Shown here: piece after piece, positions 1-11,260 of the stretch
Numbering within the stretch: position 1 is the first letter of the stretch
Layout of the letters: every line of letters begins with the position of its first letter
NCBI GenBank assembly: GCA_964016885.1
Contig: OZ024747.1
Location: 59,892,001-59,956,000 of the forward strand
Direction of reading: 5' to 3'
Source of the DNA: Eledone cirrhosa
Taxonomy: Eukaryota
Length of the DNA: 64,000 nt
Translations under genes and position numbers: made by a program
Notes under the pieces: generated by a model
Database searches by the model: none
What the model was told of the DNA's origin: nothing
The model's input: only the letters and a program-made list of their open reading frames with translations

Positions 1-480
1 ATTAGTTTTACTGCTTTTGTTGTTGTTGTTCTTGTTGCTGTTGTTAATGTTGTTGTTGTTGTTCTTGTTGTTGTTCTTGTTGCTGTTGTTACTGCTTTTG
101 TTGTTGTTCTTGTTGCTGTTGTTAGTTTTTGTTGTTGTTGTTCTTGTTGTTACTGCCCTTTGTTGTTGTTGTTGTTCCTGCTGTTTTTTACTGCTTTTGT
201 TTTCTGTTGCTGTTGTTAGTGCTTTTGCTATTGTTGTTCTTGTTGGTCTTGTTGTTATCATGGTTGTTGTTGTTGTCCTTTTTGTTAATGATTTAGTGTT
301 GGTGTTGTCATTGTTGAGATTATTATTATTGTTGTTATATTTGCTGTTATCTATTTAATATTTTACCAATGTTGTTGTTGTTGTTGCTTTCCTGTTGATA
401 TTGCCGTTGTTGTGCTTATTGTTGTTGCTGTTACTGTTGTTTTGTTAATGTTTAACTGTCAATATCGTTGTTGTGATCAT
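1..480. repeat. Degenerate (GTT)n microsatellite
   Basis: Visible gtt/gct/ctt repeats; the Leu/Val ORF 17..358 is an artefact. Confidence 0.95.
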
Positions 481-669
481 TATTGCTGTTCCTCAAACAA
501 AAAAGAGCAACAACATACAACTCATGTTTTGCTTTCTTATTCTGTATTCATTTGAAGTAGTTTTAATAAATCAACAACAGAAGACAAACAGTTAGGAATG
601 AAGGAAATAACATTTTATTTTGGTGATAAATACAGTTTATAGTTAGCACTAATAGCTGTGGGTGAGAGG

Positions 670-825
670 AGGACTCCTGTTGATGGCTTTAATATCAAAT
701 TGGTTATAATTCTAGGACTTTTGTTGATGGTTATAATAAATTGGTTATAATTCTAGGACCCTCGTTGATGGTTATAATAAGTTGGGTAAAATTTTAGGAC
801 TCTTGTTGACGGTTATAATAAATTG
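670..825. repeat. 41-bp tandem repeat, ~3.7 copies
   Basis: taggac..ttgttgatggttataataaattggttataattc recurs at 712, 753 and 794. Confidence 0.85.
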
Positions 826-2052
826 AGGGGGCAGGGAAGTCGATTACATTAACTCCAGTTCATGGCTACTTCTTTATTTTATCGACCCCAGAAGAATGAA
901 AGGCAAAGTTGAGCCCAGTAAGATTTTAATTCAGAATGTAAAAAGCCAGAACAAATACCGTGAGGCATTTTGTTTGCTGCTCTTACAATTCTGCCAATTC
1001 TTTGCCCAAATGATGGCTTTTATAATGATTGGTAATAGTTCTAGATTAGAGGAGGACACTCATTGTAGTCACAATAAATTTGGTAATCATTAACAATGAT
1101 TTTTTGGTGCTATATTTATTTCTAGGTGGGTACAGATTATAATCAATTGATTCTTCCCTCAAATTTCAATGTTACCTTCTTAAATTAGCCATCTAATCCC
1201 CTTTAAAAACTAGAATGATGTAGAAATAACAGGTTTCCTTAAAACATTATTTCAGGTGAGGAGTTGATTTGCCAAGAATGACTAAAGATTGTAGTTTTGT
1301 GTAGCACCTATCTTTCAGAACTCTTTTTAGTATAGAGGAGAACAAAAGTACCTATGTCAAGAAGACACTCGACAAAAGACAGAAACACTACTGAAGGAAG
1401 AGGAAAAACAAACAACAACAATAATAATAATAATTGTTTCTACTTTTGGCACAAGGCCAGCAATTACCCAGAACACTACTGGTACTTTATTTTATCGACC
1501 CCATAAGGATAAAAGGCAAAGTTAACCTCGGCGGGATTTGAACTCAGATCGTAAAGGGACGTAACTATGCTAGAAAGCATGTCTGACCCTCTACCGATAC
1601 TGCCAAAAAATATGTTAAGTCATCTCTGCAAGAGATACAGAAAATAGTGCTGACTGGCACTGCCCATGTCCTGAGAAGGGCATCATCAATTTAAAAACCT
1701 TGCAAAGACATTTACTGTTGTTTATGCTCTTCTGGGAACATTTTTATGACAATTGATTGTAAAATGTGTATATTATCAAATTTTGCCACAGGTGTCAGGT
1801 TGACACTTGACATGGTATGGGGAAGAAGCAGAATTCAAAGGAGAGTTTCAAATAATAATAATAATAATTGTTTCTAGTTTTGGCACAAGGCCAGCAATTA
1901 CCCAGTACATTACTCGTACTTTATTTTATCGACCCCCGTGAGGATGAAAGGCAAAGTTAACCTCGGCGGGATTTGAACTCAGATCGTAAAGGGACGGAAC
2001 TCTTTGCATCAAAGCATGGCGTCTGACCCTCTACTGATACTGCCAATCCACA
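825..2052 (-). mobile_element. Three SINE family A copies (about 825-1010, 1432-1605, 1867-2052)
   Basis: Each contains ttattttatcgacccc...aaggcaaagtt...aactcaga-type sequence, the reverse complement of the family A core. Confidence 0.85.
1617..1866 (+). mobile_element. R4/Dong-like element 3' end
   Basis: SLQEIQKIVLTGTAHVLRRASSI* resembles the terminal QK..LLGTA.ILR motif of restriction-like-endonuclease elements; 3' UTR ends in (taa)n. Confidence 0.7.
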
Positions 2053-2507
2053 ATAACAATAATAATCATGTTATCACCAAGAGTAATAACTTGTCAGTTT
2101 TATGTGATTGTTCTGGGAAAATGATGCTGGCAGATTTACAGGTGATAATTAATTTTAAAATGGTTCTAAAGCAAATTCTTTTCAGTTGAAACAGTGTGCA
2201 GATTACAATTAACAACTTTCTGTAGATCATCAAAATAGGTATCTAATAACTTTCATTAGACACCTCCTCCAACTCCATCTGTCCCAGATCAGATACAAAC
2301 CTAGTTTTTAGCATAGTTGAAGTTTAAGTTCCATATCTGCTTCTAGAAAATCTGTATGTGATCTGATGTTATTTAGAATGGACGGTGAGACCCATGATTC
2401 ATGTAAAATGTGTGTGTATATATATATATATATATGCGTGTGTATATGTATCTGTATAGGTGTGTGTGTATATATATATATATATGTTTATATATATATA
2501 TAAATAC

Positions 2508-2549
<42 letters not shown>

Positions 2550-2550
<1 letters not shown>

Positions 2551-2750
2551 GTAGGCGCCACGGTAAAAAAGCACCCAGTACCTAGTGTAAATGAGGTTGG
2601 TTTAGGAAGGGAATCCAGCTTTAAAAATAAAGCCAAAATCTGTTCCCGTATGAGCAAGACAAGGTCACCCGACTTGGCATTGCCCACAACAGGACAACCC
2701 ACCTAACCCATGCTAGTGTGGAAGAATGGACGTAAAACGGTGTTGATGAT
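2550..2750 (+). mobile_element. SINE-like family C fragment: shares the ggttggtgttaggaagggcatccagc block with family B but has a different RTE-type tail
   Basis: Tail aacccatgc.ag.gtggaa...tggacgt.aaacg(atg)n. Other copies at about 27081-27240(+), 30911-31110(-), 48020-48140(-), 53958-54020(-) and 60190-60370(-). Confidence 0.7.
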
Positions 2751-3164
2751 ATGTGTATATATATATTTTTTTTTTAAATGTAGAAATCTCAAATGCAGAA
2801 AATAACTGTAAACATAGTCGAATGCTATAGATATTAGCTTAAAAAAATCAAGTAACAGATGATTTGATAACCTACTAGACTACACATGACCTGTTGGGTC
2901 ATGTTCTTAAAATTATTTTTTTTTAAATCATGTTCACTTACAAATGATTGTTAAATAATTAAAATATACACAGACATGTATATAATGTAAAATGAAATTG
3001 GAAGGTCTATATATATATATATATACACGTGTGTGTGTAGACATATATATATATGGGTGTCTATGACCTATATACACTGGGCCGAGGCACACACACTTAT
3101 GCACATATATGTATATATATATATATACACACACACAACACCACCAGCTCTCTCTCTCCCATTT

Positions 3165-3196
<32 letters not shown>

Positions 3197-3202
3197 CCAT
3201 GT

Positions 3203-3238
<36 letters not shown>

Positions 3239-3494
3239 TATGTCTCTCTTTCAGTCTACTCTCTCACAATCACTATCTCTTTATTTATGAAAGTACCTGG
3301 AAAAACTCCGTATCTTGGAAAACTGTGCTCATGATTTATGCAAAACTTGTTTTATTCTATTTGCATTCCCATTTCAGGGGCAACTTTCTTTCAAAGTAAT
3401 TTCCCATTATGCTCCATTTTGGCTGTATTAAATTACAGACAAGCACACAATCACAGAGTTTTAGTAGTATATAGATAAAAGCTACAAGACTCTG

Positions 3495-4030
3495 GAAGTA
3501 TGTGACTTAGTGGTTAGGGTGTTTTTTCTGACAATCGTAAGGTTGTGAAATTATTCTTTGACCTGACAGTGCAATGTGTCCTTAGTCAAGATGCTTTTAT
3601 TTCACATTGCTCCAGTCCACTCAGCTAGCAAATGTGGGTTACATCTGTAATTCAAGAGGCCAACCTTTGTCACACATTGTGTAATGCTGGATATCCATGA
3701 TAACTACTTTAAGAGTGAGCATGTCTGTGGAATGCTCACCCACCTAACCCTTTAGGATTTACATTACTCTATATTTACTATTGTATTTTCAAGGTAAAGG
3801 CTTAACTTCACATAATTATCTCACATAATATAGAATCTATGAGATTTTGATGTTATTATTTTGAAAACAATACCTTAACATCAGTTTCAGTGACCAGTTA
3901 CAGAAAGGTGAGAGAATTCTGGCTGGATATGACCAGATTAAATTCTAAAGGCTTAAACAGTAATTTGATGAGCAGGCAGTTCTGTTAATTAAATCAGGTG
4001 GAATACTCATTGTTGGATACGGTGAGTGGT
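3495..4030 (+). mobile_element. Older CORE-type SINE interrupted by a piggyBac-like MITE
   Basis: tRNA-like head, CORE-like ttttatttcacattgctccagtccactcagct, and a tail (tgtaattcaa...ccttgtcacaca...atgagcaggc.gttc) also seen at about 10775-10900(+) and 19280-19410(-). The MITE sits at 3745-3957. Confidence 0.65.
3745..3957. mobile_element. piggyBac-like MITE (TTAA-CCCT...AGGG-TTAA)
   Basis: Ends taaccctttag...ctaaaggcttaa. Same internal sequence at about 6462-6635 (partial), 25345-25560 and 43858-44082 (inverted). Confidence 0.7.
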
Positions 4031-5063
4031 CATAGAACAACAATTAGTCTTTTGCTAGTCTGAATATAGAAATATATTTATTCAAATGTTCCATCGGCTT
4101 GCTTTAATAAATAAAATAAATTATTTAAAATGGCACTATGGCGCTTGGTTAATTTAACCTTGCTCTAACGAGTCTGTTAAGTCTGCATGTCTACTTCATC
4201 TCATCTCTCAGCATTAATACCGGAAGTGCCGGCATGAATATTGTACAATATGAGCTTAGAGCCACAAATTTTGTTTGTTTTTGAGCTTCAATGAATCTGA
4301 AAATTCAGTCTTGTATAAATAAATAGGGATATGTTAATTGCTGCTTTTGCAATTTTAAGAACAGCCCAAAGTCTTTATAAGCTGTACTTGGCAAAATAGT
4401 TGAAGTATGCAGGTGTATATGTGTGGAGTATGCATATGTATGTGTATATATCTGATATATACATTGGTATTAGAATATTATATGAAAATAGGCATTAATT
4501 CGGTTTGAAATGTGAAGACTGGCTTTGTGTATTCACTGTTGAGGAAAATATTCATTCTTCTGCTGATCTGAATAGTTTTAGCCATGTTTCAATATATATA
4601 TATTATATATATATCGTCTGAACTCTATTAGTAGACGAGAACAAGTAGAGTAGAAGTTGCTGTTGCTGTCAAGGTTATTGAAAATATAGTGATAGATAGG
4701 AATAAAGTTGATGGCATTTAATGTAAGGACATTACCAGTTTATTTATTGTAATAGAGAGATAAACTGATAGATATAGAGGAAAAAATAGACACCTACATT
4801 GTTTGTTGGACCTCTGCTGTTTCTGATGATGAGTGTTCCAGTTAATCCAATCATTGTAACTGCCGGCTTGTGAAATTAATGTCCAAATAGACGAACATTC
4901 CACAGATACATGTCCCCTAAGCATAGTTTTCAAGGACATTTAATGTGATATATTGTGTAAAAAGGCTGGCCTTTTTAAATAGCAGGTACAATATCTGTTG
5001 CCTTGAGTTACAACATCAAATAAAGTGTCTTGCTCTGCAGTTCGGGAATTGAATTCACAACCT

Positions 5064-5268
5064 TACGAAGGTTGGATGAAAAGTTCACAGGATGACCAAG
5101 GTACTCTCATGGAATGACCAAATGAGGTTGTTGTTTTTTTTCAGCATAGTCCCTGGAAAGAAACAATGCAGTTATTAATAAGAAGACTTGGAATTAATGC
5201 ATGCAAGATTTCACAGCTCTAACATCGTCTTCATAGTCAATCTATGAATCTTTTCATCCGACACTCAT
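5064..5268. mobile_element. Mariner-type MITE inserted at a TA in a minus-strand CORE SINE
   Basis: Imperfect TIRs tacgaaggttggatgaaaagttcacag / ctatgaatcttttcatccgacactca; SINE head sequence resumes on either side. Confidence 0.65.
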
Positions 5269-5773
5269 GCAGTCATGAGCTGAAGGCCCTAAGTGTTGGG
5301 CCACACAACTTCACAGATACATAATTCTCTATACATACACACACCATACTTAAACTGAATGACTGAACTTGGATTCTTGAAGAAAGAATGCAGCTCCTTA
5401 AGGTTAAGCTACAAATGGCCATGATATCTGGAACCTTCAAAATCTGCAAAACACTTTATGATTCAAAGAATGAATGATTGCACAAGAGACGACAATTTCC
5501 TTTTCTTTACAACTTTTCTGCCAGGAAGTTGGCCAGTCCCAAATAAACTGAAAATAAAGGAAAGTGATTATACATACACACATGTACACAGACACATACA
5601 CACAGATTCACACACACACACAGATTCACACACACACACAGATTCACACACACACACAGATTCACACACACACACATACAAGTGTAAGATGTTACTGAGA
5701 CTAGTAAGGCCATTATTCAATTTAGTAGTCCATACTTTAAGGCATATATAGTGTAGATATTATTATAAGACAT

Positions 5774-5960
5774 TGGCGGTGGATTCGCAGTATCGGTAGA
5801 GGGTCGGATGCCATGCTTTCCAGCATAGTTACGTCCCTTTACGATCTGAGTTCAAATCCTGCTGAGGTTGACTTTGCCTTTCATCCTTACAGGGTCGATA
5901 AAATAAAGTACCAGTAGTGCACTGGGTAATTGCTGGCCTTGTGCCTAAAGTAGAAACAAT
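5774..5960 (+). mobile_element. tRNA-derived SINE family A, full-length copy
   Basis: A-box-like head, B-box GAGTTCAAATCC, core gcctttcatccttac.gggtcgataaaataaagtaccagt and (att)n tail. 13-bp TSD tattataagacat at 5761-5773 and 5961-5973. Confidence 0.9.
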
Positions 5961-5990
5961 TATTATAAGACATAGATTAAGATATCTAAT

Positions 5991-6320
5991 TGTTTCTACT
6001 TTAGGCACATGGCCAACAATTACCCAGTGCATTACTGGTACTTTATTTTATCGACCCCGTAAGGATGAAAGGCAAAGTCAACCTCAGCAGGATTTGAACT
6101 CAGATCGTAAAGGGATGTAAGATATATAATTGTTTCTACGTTAGGCACAAAGCCAGCAATTACCCAGTGCATTACTGGTACTTTATTTTATCGACCCCGT
6201 AAGGATGAAAGGCAAAGTTAACCTTGGCGGGATTTGAACTCAGAATGGCAAGGGCCGTACCTCTATGCATCAAAGCATGGTGTCCGACCCTCTACCGATA
6301 CTGCCAATCCACCGCCCGGA
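5991..6320 (-). mobile_element. Two tandem SINE family A copies (5'-truncated 5991-6117; full 6131-6320)
   Basis: Reverse complement of the family A consensus, separated and flanked by taagatat.taat repeats. Confidence 0.85.
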
Positions 6321-6815
6321 CGTAAGATATATAATGATTGCTGATTCTTTTCAGAATATTGCCATCTCTTCAAAAACTCATCAATAAGTAGCCAATTGTG
6401 GACACATACGTCGCTCTTATGATCAGCCCCAAAGCTGCATGTTTTCTCACAAATACTACACTTAACCCTTTAGCATTTACATTACTCCATATATACTATT
6501 ATATTTTGATGGTAAAGTCTTTACCTCATAACTATCTCAGGTAATATAGAATCTATGAAATTTTGATATTATTTATTTTCAGAAGAATACTTTAAGATCA
6601 GTATGAGTGGCTAGTTACAGCCGGTTTCAACAGCATATATGAGGCAGTGAATTGGCAGTCATTAGAATGTTGGGTAGAATACTTTGATGTGTTCATTCTG
6701 GGACACTGTGCTATCTGAGTTCTAATCCCAATGAAGGTCAACTTTGATCTTCGTCTTTTCGATGATTTGAAGAAGTGCCAGTCCAGTACTCGGGTCAATT
6801 CTTAATCCTCTGTAG

Positions 6816-7311
6816 CTCTCACACACATACCACACACACACACACACACATATTCACACACACACACACACATATTCACATACACACACACACATACACT
6901 GACTCACACTCACACACACTCTCTCTCTCTCTATCCCTCACACACATACCATACAGACACACACACTCTCTCTCTCTCTCTCTCACACATACCACACACA
7001 CTCTCTCTCACACACATACCACACACACTCTCTCACACACATACCATACCACACACTCTCTCTCTCACAGACATACCACACACACTCTCTCTCTCTCTCA
7101 CATACCATACCACACATCTCTCTCTCTCTCACAAACATATCACACACACACACACACACACTCTCTCTCACAGACATACCACACACACACACTCTCTCTC
7201 TCTCACAGATATACCACACACACACTCTCTTTCTCACACATACCATACCACACACTCTCTCTCTCTCTCTCACAGACATACCACACACACACACACACAT
7301 ACTCTCTCTCT
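6816..7311. repeat. (CA)n/(CT)n compound microsatellite
   Basis: Alternating ca and ct runs with a cataccac spacer. Other large TA/CA/TG tracts at about 2410-2545, 15210-15546, 15955-16109, 30830-31380, 44280-44535, 52300-53320 and 63258-64000. Confidence 0.95.
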
Positions 7312-7489
7312 GGAAGAAATTGGCTGTGTTCAGATCTGGAAAAGGAGTAGGCTCTCCCAGTTTTAATGTGCTTAAGACATACTGTATGTCACAACAGTAC
7401 CACTATGACACTATGACACTATGACTCAATCAGGGAAAAGACGATATGATACAATGTAAACTATTATATGTAAAACAGAGATATGACCT

Positions 7490-8293
7490 TTGTACCCGAG
7501 TGACTTATACACAAGTTTATATGGTAGTTTGTTTGTCTATAACTATATAACTGCTTGTATTTCACACCAGAGTGACTTATACATAGGTGTATATGGTTGT
7601 TTGTTTGTCTGTTACCATATAACTACTTGCATTTTGTACCAGAGTGACTTATACACAAATATATATATGGTAGTTTGTTTGTCTATAACTATATAACTGC
7701 TTGTATTTCACACCAGAGTGACTTATACATAGGTGTATATGGTTGTTTGTTTGTCTGTTACCATATAACTACTTGCATTTTGTACCAGAGTGACTTATAC
7801 ACAAATATATATATGGTAGTTTGTTTGTCTGTAACTATATAACTGCTTGTATTTCACACCAGAGTGACTTATACATAGGTGTATATGGTTGTTTGTTTGT
7901 CTGTTACCATATAACTACTTGCATTTTGTACCAGAGTGACTTATACACAAATATATATATATGGTAGTTTGTTTGTCTGTAACTATATAACTGCTTGTAT
8001 TTCACACCAGAGTGACTTATACATAGGTGTATATGGTTGTTTGTTTGTCTGTTACCATATAACTACTTGCATTTTGTACCAGAGTGACTTATACACAAAT
8101 ATATATATGGTAGTTTGATTGTCTGTAACTATATAACTGCTTGTATTTCACACCAGAGTGACTTATACATAGGTGTCTATGGTTGTTTGTTTCTCTGTTA
8201 CCATATAACTACTTGCATTTTGTACCAGAGTGACTTATACACAAATATATATGGTAATTTGTTTGTCTGTAACTATATAACTGCTTGTATTTT
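7490..8293. repeat. Dimeric tandem repeat (72 + ~74 bp subunits, ~146-bp period, ~5.5 dimers)
   Basis: Alternating ccagagtgacttatacataggt... and ccagagtgacttatacacaaat... subunits; identical positions at 7567 and 7713. Confidence 0.93.
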
Positions 8294-9291
8294 ACCGTTA
8301 TGTCTTGGAGTTATTATCTCATTGTTTAATGAAAACGTACATATCAAAAACTACAATTTTTTTCACTTCTTTTGTGTATATCATCAATGTTGTGTCTGAG
8401 TAGCAACAGAAAAATAAATCTGTTTTGTTTGATAAGACACAAACGGTATTTTGAAAAGATAAATTACAATCCATTGAATGTTAGCAGTATATATTATAAT
8501 AAGAGCGCTGTCTGTCTGTCTGTCCATCCATCATGCTCACTTTATATAGAGAGGGAGAGCACCAAGTGTGAGAGATATACACAGATAAAGAGAGAAAATG
8601 GCACACCATGTATTTTGAAGGTGACAGAATGAGGTAGATAGGCAGAAATTCATGACTTCACCCTCATCTGTGATATATAGAGAAAGGGGTGGTTGCCAAG
8701 TGAAAGAGATGTATGTAAATAGAGAAAAGGAACATCATTTGTTTAGAGAGAGAGTGTATGTGTGTGTGTATGTGTGTGTGTATGTGTGTGTGTGTGTGTG
8801 TGTGTGTCTAAGAGAGATATAATTGCTATGTACTTTGTGAACCCAGGAAGTGTAAATAATAGAGATAACTGAGTAGAATTTGAAATGAATGAAGAGGAAA
8901 AATACTGAAGTAAAAATGTCTATTTTTTTTTGTTTTTACCTCAAAGACATCTCCAAAGTATTGCAACAACTACAACAACTACAACAACTATAACAACTAC
9001 AACAACTATAACAACTACAACAACTATAACAACTACAACAACTATAACAACAATAAAAGTTTCAGAATTAGACACAAAGCCAGGAATTTTGGGAGAAGGA
9101 GAATGTTAATTAAAATGACCCTAGTATATATGACAGGTACGTTATTTCATCAAGCCTGAGAGTATGAAAGGCATTGTTGATCATAGTGGGATTTGAACTA
9201 AGATTGCAAAGTGCAAGGACAAATACTACAAGGTACTTTATCTGATGTGTTACCGATTCTGCCAACCACCCATTAGTATTTAATAATCCGA

Positions 9292-9488
9292 CGTAGCGGC
9301 CAGGAGAGAAGACTGCATTAATATGAACATGTGATGCACATGGACAATGATCGTTGGGTGAAGAAGTGTCAGGAGAGGTTGTCATGTATTTGACACAACC
9401 GTGGGTCCATATAAACATAGTGCATATGGGTCCATATATGGCGATATATATCTAGATCACCATATCCATATATGGCTTTATATATATG

Positions 9489-9526
<38 letters not shown>

Positions 9527-9718
9527 GTCTAGTCCACCATATCCATATATGGCTATATATATATATATGTCTAGTCCACCATATCCATATATGGCTTTAC
9601 ATATATATATATCACGGAGGATGAAGGACCGTGACAAGCGGAGAGATGCTGTGCCGAATAGGACCCATCCCATCCTTGCAAGCAGGGAAAAGCAGACATA
9701 AAATGATGATGATGATAT
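9292..9718 (+). mobile_element. RTE LINE 3' fragment (same family as 62095) with its middle replaced by a TA-rich repeated insert (about 9383-9612)
   Basis: QERRLH.YEHVMHMDNDRWVKKCQE on the left and MKDRDKRRDAVPNRTHPILASREKQT* plus (atg)n on the right. Confidence 0.8.
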
Positions 9719-11260
9719 ATATATAAATATATATATAATACAAGATATCCCAACACAGTCCACCTTAGTATGTATGTACCATCATAGTCAACCACCCAAC
9801 CCAACACAGTCTACCTTAGTATGTATGTACCATCATAGTCAACCACCCAACCCTACACTCTACTACCCTAGTCAATACACATAAACATACAATATCATTC
9901 TCCCACCTTACATTAACACCACGCTTACATCAACCAACCAACCAGACCTTCAGCCTCACCTTATCCAACACTATTTCCCCATCCTTATATTACTCCTTCC
10001 CTCAGCATTATTAAATGTTCTAGACACTATCTACCACATGAACAACCACTATTATTGCCAATAACCATTCAACGCACTATATCACTTCAATCAAGTTTTC
10101 TTCTCATCTACCAAGAATAGAATTCCTACTTTCATGTTTCATATCTTAACAGATAATTATTGACCCTTCCATAATTCTATACTAACCTGATTTTGTATAC
10201 TTGCTGATATATTTTTTTCTTTCCGTCTCTAGCTAATTTCAAACAAAATGCCTCAATAGAAATGTTCTTTCTATAGAACTGATAAAATATTTCCAGCTCT
10301 TTTAAGTGGTTTCTCTTTGTTTTGCCTCACAAGTCTGTTCATTTTCTTTCTCAATATTCACAGTGTACTGCCCTTCTGCTGCAATGAAACCTATAAACAG
10401 GAGCCAGCTAAGCTGATAGAAAAGTTGACATTGATTTTGTTTAGCCACATATGAAAACTACTCTAGATCATAACAATATGCTGATTTTTGTGAAAGATAG
10501 CAGATCTGTTGTAGAGCTATAACTTTCATATTTGTATCAATGTACAGTATGGTGACACCTATGCTATTTATAGTGTAAAACTGTGCATTTGTGACTAAGG
10601 TTGAGGACGTTGTATATGGCCAAATGCCTCAGAATTTTGCTTCGTAATTATAAGGTCCAGTGTTTGATACCACTGAGTGCCATGTTGGTCAAGTATCATT
10701 TACCATAATCTCAGGCTTGTCAGTGAAATTGGGTAGACAGAAACTATTTGAAAGCCTGTCAGAAGGACTATACCTGTAATTCAAAGGGACAGCCTTGTCA
10801 CACACTGTCACATTGACTCTCCCTAAGAATTAAGTGAAGGCTACACATGTCAGTGGAATACTAAGCCACTTGTTAATTTCATGAGCAGGCTGTTCCTTTG
10901 AATGTGCTATACATGCACCTTTGATGAGTTGTAGTGCACCTGAGTACTGTACACAGTAATTTTCAGTCAGACATGCTTTCCAGCATAGTTATGTCCCTTT
11001 AGGATCTGAGTTCAAATCCCACCTTTCATCCTTACGTGGTCGATCAAATAAAGTACCAGTAATGTACTGAGGTATTGCTGGCCTTGTGCCAAAATTAGAA
11101 ACAATTATTATTAACAACACAAAGACTCATCACAGAATTCAGTAGAAATTAAGTTCATGTGACCAAGTCAAAGATTTGTATGGAGATAAATCATGGCCAT
11201 TGACTCGGTAGTAAAGTTAGACTGTTAATTGTAACACACTGTATTTGCTGTCCCAGTAGT

